A stretch of DNA of 64,000 bases from Lingula anatina (Eukaryota; Animalia; Brachiopoda). Shown in pieces: positions 1-12,485 of the stretch. Below the pieces are notes generated by a model. It saw only the letters and a program-made list of their open reading frames with translations, was not told where the DNA came from and made no database searches. Positions within the stretch are counted from its first letter, which is position 1. Each line of letters begins with the position of its first letter. The DNA is taken from positions 13,020,001 to 13,084,000 of the forward strand of contig CM120640.1 in the NCBI GenBank assembly GCA_051362555.1. Reading direction: 5' to 3'. Both the position numbers and the translations under genes were made by a program.

Positions 1-120
1 AAACTGATTTCAATATAACTGTACAGATCATTGTCATGAAAATAAATCAGTTTCTGCCTAGATAACTTCTGAGAGTTTTTACTTATGGAAGGAGGGGTAA
101 GGGATTCAGGGAAAGTTCAC

Positions 121-238
121 CTCATCATATTTTCTATCGGCATCTTCAGCAATGTACTTGGCCTCCTGAAGCTGCTTCTCCAGCTCAGCAATACGCTCAT
201 CATCAGTCATGGTACGGTTTTCCAGGGCTTTGCGACCT
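121..238 (-). CDS. TPM: Tropomyosin exon 4 variant d
   Basis: 118 nt, ctag|...|gtgaac; [39 protein letters not shown]. Confidence 0.93.
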
Positions 239-3200
239 CTAGCAACGCACACAAAGAAGTAGGAGGTAGAAGTAATAAAGAGCCAACCAAAATAACATAA
301 TAGGTTGTACAATAACAATAACAGGAATGACAATTGCAAAATAATAAATAAAGACATAGATACACCCACTGAAACTAAAAAAGAAAGCACTTGTGTGTTG
401 AGGAGCTGTCCAAATAAAAAAGTGCCATTGATCAAGCCACCTAAGTGACATTTAGTATGGAGAGGGCCTAAAGGGGCAGGGCCTATACCAGGTGTAAGGG
501 GGGGGGGGGGGGGGGGGGGGGGGGAGAGACAGAGGATGAGCTACCAAGTCTCAACATGCCTAAAGAGTTGCCTTGGTGTTCACCTCATCAAATTTACGGT
601 CAGCATCTTCAGCAATATATTTAGCCTCCTTCAGCTGGGCTTCTAGGGTCTCTATTCTTTCATCATCCTGCTGTGTCCTGCCCTCTAATGCTTTACGCCC
701 TCTGGTGGGACACAAAAGAAAGAACTGTGAAAAACCCAAAGGCAGGAACAGACACTTGCCAGAACAGAAAGTGGCAGTTAATCAAGTTGGACAGAGTAGA
801 GCCATTGTTGTTCTTAGATCAATAAAGGGGATTGGGGGGAAAGGAGGGTTGCCACTTGGGCATATTAAAATGACCCTTCCAGACATGTGCCTCCAAAGCT
901 GTTAACCTAAAGTGAAAAAAAAACAAAAAACACCTGAAATACAGAAAAGTTTTATTAATAAAAACAAAATTGCTGAAAAAGATACCAGATGCTGTTAGTT
1001 GGAGTTACCTACAAACACAGGCACATACCTCGTCAAATTTGCGTTCAGCTTCATCTGCAGTTTCTGTGGCTTCTCGAACCATCTGCTCAAGCATTCCAAT
1101 TCTATCATCATCAATATTGTTTCGGTTCTCAAGCACTTTTCGCGCTCTAGTGTAAGAAAAGATGCAAGGCTGTATGAACACACAGCAAACGTGCTAACAC
1201 AACACATGCAAGACAGTTTGTGAACAGAGAGTTTAACTCTTCCAACACGAAAAAACATCATAAAACAGATCTCCCAACTGCAATACAGACATTAAATGAC
1301 AGGACTATAAATTTCCATAAACCCAGCCCAACGAAATATCTTTACACATTTAGTGAGTCTGCAGTTTCATGTTTACATACATTGCTTCAAGCAACCCTTG
1401 TTATGTATAGGCAGGAGTGGTGATGATAATATCGCCAGGAAGATATAAACTGCTTGGTTCACAAAACTATGTGCATAGACACAAAACAGCAAGACATAAA
1501 ACAATACAAAATGCCACACTTTTTCCAATTTAAAAAGATGGCCGCGTTTGATGCATACCTCTTCGAACATTCGCTCTCGCTCTTCAGCAATACTGCGGGC
1601 ATGCTTGAACTGTTGTTCTAACTGTGCTATCCTATCCTCATCCAAATTACTTCTATTTTGCAGTACCCTGCAGGATCTACACCAGGCATGCAAGAAAATG
1701 ATTGAAGCGCTACCTGTTAGTGGATTCTGTACATGGATTAACATATAAAAGAAACTGTTGCGGAAAAGATCTTGCATAAATTCAAAAACAAGAAAGGGTT
1801 GATAGAAAAAAATTAACTTTGGATACAAAAGTCATACCAATACAATAAAACAGGTAGCAAGATATTAAATAATAAATAGTAAATGTTACAAAAACTTCTC
1901 TCATGCTATCCCCCTTCTTTCCCATGGTATAAATAATATGAAAACCCCGTATCTATCCAAGATCTACATTGTAACAGACTCAATAAAAGACCACTTTCAC
2001 ATTTTAACATTACAAAATGTTTCAGATGTACTATGAAGTAATAGCCTGTTAACGCAAAGGTATTTTCATCAATAATCCTTTATGTTGGTCACATTCCTTT
2101 ACGAGTGACTTCACTGGCTTCCAATTTCTCCAACTGGGTCAAGACTGTAGTGCCCAGTGTTTAGACGAAAAGGTTTTCAAACTGGCCATCTGATTCATTC
2201 AATAAGCATTAGGCTTCAAATCTGAGTTGATAATTTCAATAAGAAAAATTAACAAACACCAAGAGAAGAAATTGCGGTCATTAGCCAAAATGATGTTCGG
2301 AACAACAGTAATTCCTAAATTTCTGATTTCCCCTTATTTTAGGCACAAGAGAAATTCTTCCTGACAGAATCACACAAGCAGAAAAAGGTTAGGGCAACTT
2401 ATTTAATTGTTGTTGCAACAAAAAGACTGGTTATTAAAAGAAAATACATGCAGATGAAGAAAATGGCATGCTGATATATTTAAAGTGCACACTTTAAATT
2501 AGTGAAATATAATATTCCACAGATGAAATAAATATGATATCCAGCTTAGGTTATCTATGAAGGAAGTAAAAAAGCACTGGAAAGCAAGATAAAAAATTTG
2601 CCATTTAGAAGAGCGCCAAGATCTATCTGTACAGTAGGCAGAGAACTCTTGAGCAAAGAATCCTAGATGTATACAAGAAACGCAACAATCACAACAAGAG
2701 GTCAACATACACATTGACACGGCCACACCAAATTTCAACAATTATACCAATCATCAAAGCTACATTCTTAACATATCATTTATACATAATTTTGCTCACA
2801 TCAATTTGATTTGGCTTTTGATAATCATACAATCAAGGGCAGCATGTGCAAGTGGCCATAAATGGAATCAATACAGGCCATTAAGTTACCAAAATCCAAT
2901 TTCATTTGACAAACCTTTATTGTTATTATGGTATCCATGTACTCGGACCCTATTAATCCTTCAATATACACCAAACTACCCATAAAACTGGCCAATTTCT
3001 ATGCCCTACATCCAAGATATCAGTGGCACATGATAAGAGTTAGCTAGAGTAAAGATGCCTTGTGTGCACACATATAGCTCAACTTAAAACATCAATATCC
3101 AGATCCCTTAGTCACATTGTATTTAAGATTACAAAAGCCCAGTACAAAGGGAACATTATGTTGGAGAAATGAATGCATATACATGAATATCCCTCAGGTT

Positions 3201-6200
3201 CCAAATAATAGTTTAAGGTGTGTAAGAGATGGATTTAGGATGAAACCCACCTTTCACACGAGGTCAAATAGCTTATGTGACCTGTACTATAAAATTCTGC
3301 CTACCCCAATGGCAAAAGGGGACAATTTTGTGCAATCAACTCAACAGGATGTTTTTTCTTAGCTTTGAGGAAAGGGTATACTTTTACAAAGAAGTAATGA
3401 ATGCCTTTGGAGCTGCTGGTTTCACACCCCTCTTTTTAGACCATGACTCATTCAAACCTATGCAAATGATGCCCTTGACGCAATGAAAAAAACAAACAAT
3501 AAAACAGATCTGAACCATTACATTTTCTGTGCTTGATGGCTTTTCCATAAGCTATTCACAAATCTTCTTAGAAATCCAAAAAGAGCCTCCTTTGAATTTT
3601 TGAATAAATGTCCAAAAATAAATTTAATTGCATTTCTAAGCTCATTTTTCATGTTGCCACCATTGAAAGTAGATATTTAGGGCTCGCTGTTACATGCCTG
3701 GTGCAAATAATTTTGCAATACAACAAAAGAAATCTGACTTGGGCTTAAAAATACTTAAGTAAAAAAAAATTACAACTGAATCAAGAATAAAATTTACAGG
3801 GAAAGTGAATACATACCTCTCAGACTCATCTGCAGCTTGAGAAGCCTCGTCCAACTTGGATGATGCTGCAGTGAGTCTCTCCTCTGTGCTTTCTAGGTTT
3901 TCTTCTAATAGTAAGACACGCCTGTTCAGTGTCTGCACCTGCTCCTCAGCCTAACAATGACAAAACAAAAATAAAACATTTAAATAAAAGAGAAAAACCT
4001 TGTAAACATTTGGCAAAACACTAGGTTGGTGTGGTGAATACTTTCATTGCATCTGAAGTAAGGGAAATTTTGATGGATTGGGTGCTTTTCTTACATTTTT
4101 AAACTGTTTATCATGAGTAAAGAAAATGTTAAATATTCTTCACATATTTTAGAAAACCTTCATCCCTTAAGGGCTGATTATAATATCTATAATACAAAAA
4201 CTGATAAAACACAGACATCCTAACAGCGTGTGGTATACTAAGATGCCTGTCGTGTTATATAACTGCCACATAATCAAGTAATCATTTACAAGTTAAAGAT
4301 ATACACAACCATGCCCTAGGGTCACATATACTACAAAGTTATATCCTGATATCCATACACCAAGGAAAGGAGCCAAAAAAACTTCCCATTCATAATTTGG
4401 CAAGGGCTTTTACTGAAATGCAGATCCAGCATTGATTGGAGCCCATTTCCAGACAGAACATATAGTATCTACTCTTCCAGGTATTAATTTTCCTTACTGA
4501 AAAATACTGCTTATTAAAAAAACACCAGTGATTTATTTAAAATTAAACCTGGCATGCCCTTTAACTTATAGACCTTCACAAGAGATATTGCTACATATAT
4601 CTTTAGTGCATAATTCATAGCTGTGTCTGACATAAACTGCCCTTTTATTGTACTTTATTACAACGCCATTAAATGCTTTGTTATCAAGGCAAACCTGCAT
4701 ACAAATAGCAGATCTTAAATTCTCTTTGAAATGCTAACAAGACTCGACTCATAAACCCCCTTCTAGATGCCCCAGCAGCCTGTGTGATTGAGTCATCCAT
4801 ATGTGCACCGTAGTTGTATTATTAGATAGACTGTGGTCACTTAGTCGGATACTGATGATAAAAAGGAAAAGAATTGAAAATACCAAGTGCTCATAAGAAA
4901 ACAAACATTCCTTTATCATCAAGTACAAAGTGGGCCAATCTAACTTTACAAAGACAACATATTTGTACACAATAATTCTTCACCTCAAATCTTGTGGATG
5001 ATTCCACTTAGCCGGTTGAGTGAATGAAAAAAGTACCTTTTTTATATAATGACACACCATTTAAGAGGAAATGGGAATCTGGGCCCAGGCACCTGTAAGG
5101 ACCCAAATTTGGAATTTGTGTCTCTACCTGTTATCTGAAACTATTATTACAATTTACAGGTTTTGAATGAGAATGAAGTTCTTTAATGTTAAATGCTCAG
5201 ACAAACTAACAATGATGCTATTGGGATTAGTCATCTGAATGGCACCTAATACCCAATTAAGTGTCTTACCTTTAAAACAAGGTTAGAGACCCATATTCAA
5301 ATTGATTTCTTAGGAGTTACGAGGAGTTATGACAGAGACAATAAAACCCAGTCATGCTGCTTTTTCTTTAGGTATAAATTATTCATAGTTTATTAAATGG
5401 TATGATTATGCAAATTTTTACTTTTTTCTCAATACTTGTTTTCACTTATAAAATTTTACTTGCATTTCATTAAATTAAGCCAGTTTACATAATTAAATTT
5501 CCTGAGCTAGAAGTTCCAAATTATGTTGTTTTGTTTTTCAAATTCTTTTCCCAGTGCATTCATTATGTTACACAAAGCTATACATTATGTTGCATGAGGT
5601 TTCTATCTGATTGTATAAAATCTTGATCACACTACCTTCTCTAATTTAGGCATCTATCCCAAAAATATCAACTAGTCTATACACAAATCACAAATTTATG
5701 CCATTATCTTACTTAATAACACACTGAACAAAGATAATTCATAGTTAATACATAATGAGATCTGTGCAAAGCTTTTGGTATAAAACTATAATTAATCAAA
5801 AATGCTATCTCTCATCACCTCTTGGATGATGATGTGCAGTAGACAATTTAGAATGATCCCAGACACTGGTGTGAATAATAAGTCTATATTTGTATTTCGG
5901 ATGGGGGACAAGAGTTCATCCAAGGTGACAATAAAAATGTCAACTGGGCAAATGTTTTATCTGCACAGTTAATATCTGTTTTTTTATTTAAGAAATGACC
6001 TTGCATAGTTGTGGCTTTCACTGAGATGGAGTCATGAGTAGGAAGGGCTGATATCTGACCTGGATTTCAACTTACTTCCGGACATGACAGACACTGATTG
6101 TGACTAAAAAAACGCCGTCAAAGGAGACTGCAGACGGTTCATATAACAAGTTCAGCATTCCTAAGGGGTTTCACAGTTTAAGGGTTCCCCAGTATCAAAG

Positions 6201-9200
6201 AAAATGCCTGATGCCCTTGCTTCTAAATCTCTTGCTTATGTCACGCCATTTGTACGGCGGCATTTTCACTCTCATTTGACCCTAACTAGATTTAAGAAAT
6301 ATGATCGCTGTGTAAACTAAAGCTACAAACCATGCCCCAACTTTATATTTTCGACCACAACTTTAGATATTTATGCAGAGCAAAATAGCTAAGTACTACT
6401 AATCTACATTTACGACAAAGTAATGTCCGATTCTACTCACATGCCCAGCCCCTTACGTATGAAATAACAGAATAACATTACAATTATATACATACTTTTT
6501 CCTTTTCAATTTTCTCATTTTCACACTCTTGGCATTTCATCTCGTATTTGTCTCTCATTTGGTCTAGCTCCTCCCTTAAACTAGACATTTTCTGTTTGAG
6601 AGCATTCAATACGTTTCCTCCTTTCACGGCCGACATTTTGACGATTAAAGTAGTCGAGCACAAATCTAGGCTTCAGAGATCAAAAATGGCTGACCGGCTT
6701 CGGCTTGACCTTATCACACAGCAAACAGGTGGTTGTGTTACTCGCTCAAAAGTAGTGCGCTAAATCAGGCGCTGTCCTCATAGCTTTATGGCAGAAACGA
6801 AGTTTTCACTGACAAAGCTCAATTCTACTGCTTGTATTTAATCAAACACAACCTCAGAACATGAACCCTAAGAGAAGTCAGAAGTCCTATTTATCACAAA
6901 AATTGTATTCTTGAGCGGTGACGTATGTTGGAAGGCTGGGGTGGAGATCCGACTTTGTCACGTGACTACTATTTTACACCTGAGCTGTGTCACCAGCTGG
7001 GGACACCCCTCTGACTGAATACAGGCATTATATACGACGCGTCTTCTGCGGGTTTCTTCTTCTTTCTATTTTTTTTAAAGTTTTCAGATTTTCATTCAGG
7101 AAAATGCTAACTCACAACTGTTACGGTTTAGCGTGGCAATAACTAAGTTATCATAATGATGCATATATGAAGATCTATTAAAAATTAAAAGATGTAATTA
7201 ACTTCCTATCAAAGCTTTCGGCGCCTAGGCCTAGTTCAGGGGTTTGAAAAAAATGGTAAACAAAGATTGGGTAGGATATTACGTCTTTTTAGTAGATCTT
7301 CATAGATGCATCATTAAGATAGCTATTTATTTCTTAAAGATCTAAACGGTGATTTGATAACAAAATATGTACAAATTCCATACAAAAAGTTAGAATCTTC
7401 GTATGTTCTATTATGAATGATTATTGCACGATAGACATTTAAACTTTTGTATGACTGAGTTCTCTTAAAACGGTGGAGTTATTTGACATCAGAACGTTAG
7501 TCCTTTTAAGCAAAATTTAAGTTTTATCAGTTGAGTTATATGTCACTTTTCTTTTTCATTTTTAAATGAAGTGAGTGAGAGGGAAGTTTAATACAATTCA
7601 TTTTCCGGCATGATATTAACTGCTATCACGAAATTAATTAATGATCAAAATATAAATGTTAACAGCAATAAGCGCCTCCAAATAGGCTAAAAACTGTACA
7701 AATGGACATATCCAGTAATTTTAATAACCAGGATATCACTACTCTAAAATCACTGTCAAGTCATGACGTGTGGTATTTTTTTCTCCATTAAAAGCTAATC
7801 ATGCACATCATTTAACATAAAGAGACTATTACCGTTCTTAATGAAACTCTCAATATATTCTGTATTTCTGTTCCTATAATAGCAAACTTGAGCATAGTGT
7901 TAGAATTCAGCATCTGGGCAAACGAGAAACTAGGGTTACGCATTGACCGTTGCTTTGGTAACTCCTCCCGACTGATGACGTCACTCTCTACCTCTTCCAC
8001 ATCAGAGAAGATAGGTTTGTTACTATATATGACTGCATCATATTCATCCATATTGCAGGGCGGTCTGGCATTGCCGCCTTCTGGATCTGGACGGAGAGAA
8101 ACATCGCGATCAGAAGACTTGGAACGTTTTTCTTTTTTCACTTTTACTTTCTTTTTCTTTTTTGTCTCTTCCTCTGTTTCTTCATCAACAACAGAGCCAT
8201 CATCTGATTTCTTTTTTCTTTCCTTTTTAACTCTTTTCTTTTTTCGAACTTTGTCTGTAGTTTCTGTTAATTCTGTCGTATCCGTAGGGTCTGGCGTTTG
8301 TCTTTCTTTAATCTCGCTGTCATTAACTTTTGTCACCTCTTTTTCAATAACAGATGCACCGCTAGGTTGCGGTAACGTTAAGTCCTCGTTGCCATGGTTA
8401 TGACGTTTCAAGTCTTCTGTTACGTCCATTGTGCATTTGTATATAGCGCAGGGCGCGTGCAAAATCCACTGCCTATGCCGCTGTACAGTTAATCCAAGCA
8501 GCACACCTTGTTATTCCAATATCAAATTGCAGAGGGGCGATGTTCAATAACTGGAACAGCGTTTAGTCAGATTCCCCTTCCACAGCCGGCATTCCTTGCG
8601 TTACATACCATATATGGAGAGCGGCGTCACTATGCGGTTTACGAGTAAATATACTAGTGCTTTCATTCCCAAAATATCCCACAAGATAGTACTTTCTATC
8701 TCCTTTACTGAAAGCGCTTAGCAGGGGAGGACTGGACGGAGTTTGTAACCGAAAAACAGACTTCGCCCTGTCTTAACGAAACTCAACTCTGACTGAACTC
8801 GTGATTTTCTAATGTATCTCAATTATCGTGCACGCACAAGAAGACACCCATTATCTTATCATCCAAGCATAGCACAGTTCCACTTTAACCCCAGGTGTAC
8901 ACTAATTTAAGCCTCCGATAATATACATTTTCTCTAATATATCATAGTATTTTATAAAAAATATATGTCAAAGCTACAGATTACAAATGCTACACGACTT
9001 TGTCAGACCGTCTAGAATCTGTATATCACTATATCAATATGTAGAATATATATCATTTCATATAGTATATATTATCATCTTTTTAAAACGTGGAATTATG
9101 TCATAATAATCGCAGAAAACGCCTCTCTCTCTAGGAACAGCCTCTGAATGATTCTTGCGCTACTTGGCAGCCTTATTTAGACGTGAGGGCTGGCTGTTTA

Positions 9201-11917
9201 TAACACAATCACAGCGAATCAACTGAATGCAACAGCTCTTCTAGTTGCTGTAAGAATAAAACACAGGGCACAACATAAGTCTGCACTGCCCTATATTTAT
9301 CTATATGGACCAAATATTTAACTTATTGTCTCTTTTATTATATTTCGAAGGAACTCAAACACTTTGCGTACCTTTTAGAATGCCCTATGTACTACTTGCG
9401 ACATTAGCAATATGCATCTGTGCATCAATACAGTCTATATTCTCAAATAGAGCTCGAGAAAATCGAGACTATCAAGAAAAAGTCTATTGCCCATCATAGA
9501 ACGGTTCAACAATAACAATGCGTTCATGCCTATAAATTGTGTATTAGCTAAGCGTGCATGCTCGCCCCCGCCTCCCCCTTCCCCCGATTTTTTCGTAGTG
9601 CTCATGCATATTGTGCTAGAATCTTCATGTGACCTCCATCATATTTTATACAAGTACACCACTTTGAACTGAAATCGTCCCTCCTTCATAACCAAGTAGG
9701 GCATTTTATGAGTTTGGACACATCTTTGCTCTTTCGACTTAAAACGATATTCAGTGAGGAATTCTATACACTTCATGACGCTGTCTAGGAAACGCATTCT
9801 ATACAGGATTTTTAAAAATCCAATGACGAACATTAGATATTTCTTTGCACGTGAAAAGTTTTGATAGTGATTAGCAATTTTTTATTTGTGAATTCAACTT
9901 TTGGAGTGGATGGCAGAAAGGGTTGGTGAAAAAAGCGGAATGAAATGTGCGTATATTTAATGTTTGTTTTCTTACCTCTCCCTGGGCTTTCTCTGAAGCT
10001 TCCAGTTTTGTGGTGGCATTTTGTAGATTTTCAGTAGCTTGGTCCAAGTCATTTTCTAATTGCTGGATTCTTTTCTGTAGGCTGTTGATTTCCTCCTCAG
10101 CCTAGAAAGGGAAAATAGAATAGGTGTGATTTTATTACTATATATATATATGTGTGTGTGTTTGTATAAAAACATGGACAGGCCTCTTATTTTGTCTATA
10201 AAAAACGAAAGACCGGTTGAACTATATTGTTTTACATACGTGTCAGTAGACTTTTTAAATCAGCTGTTGGGTAGGACGGTCGGGCCAATTGTTCAACATG
10301 GAAAAAGATTTCCCAGCAAAGCGAGAATATCTCTTAATTTTTTCTTTCTTTTAAAATGGATTATTGTAGTTTCATAATATTTTACAATTCAAAATGAAAA
10401 CAAAAGTCTTATCTGGAGCATAAACTAAGAACATGAGGTTTTGTTGATGGGGCAGTGGGGGTCTAAGGCAGTGGGAGTGTCCCCGTTGATGCCATGAAAT
10501 GCAGGCAGTGGGTCTTTGCCAAAATGTGCATTTGTTTGTCTTTCCCTTTTTCGTTTGGCAAGCAGGGAACAGTTCTAGTACATTTTAAAATAATCTTGTC
10601 AGATTAAGAAAAAGGTCGGGGCAATAAAGATGAACTCAAGATTATCAAGAGAAGACACAAAAAAAATGCGAATTTTTGAGAGAGTAGTGCGGCTCAAAGC
10701 GAGAGAAACGCTATTAGCTTTCTCATGCACGCAAAGCAAACGCATCCAGGTACACCCACCTATACGATCGACAGGCCCATAAAGGGGAAGGTCGAAGTAC
10801 GTTGTTGCGGGGTTAATAATATCAACTGTTATGGAGCGATATGTACAACACACCACAGTTTGGCGCTACGTACCACAATGTCCGGATTTTATTGTTTCTG
10901 GCTGGGCCCGTTCAAAACCATGATGCTGCTTGTGATAATTTTTGCGGTAGGCTCATTTGAGGCCAACCTTTTTTTTTCTCTTTAGCAGGATATGGGATTT
11001 GCTAAGGTATGCGGTGTTGTAAATGGTGAGAGGTGAATCGGACAAGCTGTCAAAACAGCTAAACGCACATGCTGGGCAGGCAGAGCGAAAAGAGTTGTAT
11101 TCTAATGAAAACTGATCTAACGCAGAAACCCAAACAATGCCAGGCACAGTCACCTTTCATTAATTTCGATTAAAGGGATGTTGATCTTTCACAGAAAAAT
11201 ATCCAACCCTGATGAAAAGTGTTTCATTATAAATTTGACAAACAAACCAAAACTTCATAGCATGATTGGAATAAATAATAACTTGACCGTTAGAAAATAT
11301 TTACTGGATCCCCCTCGGTTTTATAAACATTTATCAGATAGCCAGGAATTTGATGTGACCTCGGATCAAGTTTCAAAATGGCGAACGCCGGTATCTGTAA
11401 ATGACCTTTTCCAGCAAACAGCGGTTTCCCGGAGCAGAAAAACCCAAGGACTAACGATGCTGTGCTAAATATGTCTCATTCTCCATTCCCAATCATTGGT
11501 TACAGTTTTCTTTAAAGATGCTGAAGTGGTTTGCCGGATTACATGGTAAGAAGGTAAAAGAAAAGAAGGAAATGCTAGGCCTATAGCAAAGAAACAATTA
11601 ACTGTATATGTATTGTGAAATTAAATACACAATTATATATATATTCTTCAAGGTTTGTTTTAAACACTGATGAAATAATATTAAAACATTAAAAGTAAGT
11701 TATTTCCACAGTTAGTCATGCATGCACATTTGTTACTGACTTGGTCCAATTTAGTGGATATAATGCGTGCGTTTTGATAAGTGGTATATTTTTCGTTACT
11801 TACCTTGGAGTTCTTTTCTTGCTCCTCTCTCAGTTTCTGCTCAGATGCCTCGGCTCTATCTTGAGCATTCTCCTTCTCAAGCTTCATAGCTTGCATCTTT
11901 TTCTTGATGGCGTCCAT
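121..11917 (-). CDS. TPM: Tropomyosin gene, 5' part (exons 1a, 2, alternative first exons, 3, 4a-4d); continues beyond the left edge of the window
   Basis: Starts [23 protein letters not shown]. Exon sizes match canonical tropomyosin architecture (114, 126, 134, 118 nt), all bounded by AG/GT with consistent phases. Confidence 0.97.
498..524. repeat. G27 homopolymer (poly-C in the tropomyosin pre-mRNA) between exons 4c and 4d
   Basis: Read directly from the sequence. Confidence 0.9.
584..701 (-). CDS. TPM: Tropomyosin exon 4 variant c
   Basis: 118 nt, ccag|...|gtgaac; [39 protein letters not shown]. Confidence 0.93.
1029..1146 (-). CDS. TPM: Tropomyosin exon 4 variant b
   Basis: 118 nt, ctag|...|gtatgt; [39 protein letters not shown]. 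Confidence 0.92.
1559..1676 (-). CDS. TPM: Tropomyosin exon 4 variant a (divergent)
   Basis: 118 nt, phase 2-0, gtag|...|gtatgc; [39 protein letters not shown]. Confidence 0.85.
3817..3950 (-). CDS. TPM: Tropomyosin exon 3 (constitutive, 134 nt)
   Basis: ttag|[44 protein letters not shown](R)|gtatgt. Confidence 0.97.
6496..6636 (-). CDS. TPM: Tropomyosin exon 1b (short/cytoskeletal isoform first exon, 47 codons; not in the ORF track)
   Basis: caaaATG; [47 protein letters not shown]|gtatgt; phase 0; the LNALKQKM motif is typical of 1b exons. Confidence 0.9.
6957..6966. promoter_or_regulatory. Palindromic E-box (USF/Myc/MiT type) in the putative exon 1b promoter
   Basis: GTCACGTGAC in a locally CpG-rich region about 320 bp upstream of the exon 1b ATG; an AAAATGGC YY1-like motif lies at about 6684. 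Confidence 0.45.
7833..8429 (-). CDS. TPM: Atypical long alternative first exon of tropomyosin (199 codons; low-complexity head plus short coiled-coil lead-in, Tm1-I/C-like)
   Basis: ATG at 8429, open frame with Lys/Glu-rich tracts, ending ...[26 protein letters not shown]|gtaatag. The phase-0 donor joins exon 3 ([11 protein letters not shown]) in frame. Confidence 0.82.
8608..8617. promoter_or_regulatory. CArG box upstream of the atypical tropomyosin first exon
   Basis: CCATATATGG, about 180 bp upstream of the ATG at 8429. Confidence 0.5.
9976..10101 (-). CDS. TPM: Tropomyosin exon 2 (42 codons; not in the ORF track)
   Basis: ttctag|[42 protein letters not shown]|gtaag, 126 nt, phase 0-0. 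Confidence 0.95.
11804..11917 (-). CDS. TPM: Tropomyosin exon 1a (38 codons)
   Basis: [38 protein letters not shown] followed by donor AAG|gtaagt. Confidence 0.97.
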
Positions 11918-12475
11918 GGTTGATGTTTGTTGGTCGAAGGTGCCGCCGTAAAATACACACTATAGAAACTGGGAGACTGAACGCAAGCTAGCTGGCTACT
12001 GAGCTGGACGAAAGGAGGAGTGAGCTGCTAGGTAAAAATGGTGGCCAGCTTAATGTAAACTGATCTGAAGAGAGATGAGGTGGTATGAAGATTCAGCCTA
12101 TAAGAGCGCAGCTCTGTGATGGATTGAAAACACGCCTGCAGTATGCGTCACGGGAACAGATGAAGTTACTGCCTTGTTTGGCAAGACACGGGCAGGAAGC
12201 CTCCTAGAGATGACCTCGCACCTGAGCAACACGAACGGGGATCCCCAGGAACTCGTACTGCGGAAAACATTAATTATAATCTTTACCACCCAGACTTAAT
12301 ATTACTTAGGGAGGATACCTGAACTCATGGGTTCAACTGAGAAACGTCTTGGGAACTTGCAAAAATAAACTGTAAAATTGAAATCGAAAGTACCCTTTCC
12401 CCCCGATGCCACCTTTTAGAACCCTTCAAGCACCCCTACGTCAGACTATAAAGAGGTGCGCTGTCATAACATGAG

Positions 12476-12485
12476 CCTTAAATGG
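12476..12485. promoter_or_regulatory. CArG box (candidate SRF site) upstream of tropomyosin exon 1a
   Basis: CCTTAAATGG matches CC(A/T)6GG, about 560 bp upstream of the ATG. Confidence 0.5.

Noticed and set aside
7888-8403. 171-aa Ser/Phe-rich ORF on the plus strand
   Set aside because: Antisense shadow of the Lys/Glu-rich atypical tropomyosin exon.
10989-11006. Plus-strand 18-nt exon-like segment (tagcag|DMGFAK|gtatgc) resembling a kinase DFG motif
   Set aside because: No other kinase exons nearby, and it is antisense within a tropomyosin intron; probably chance.
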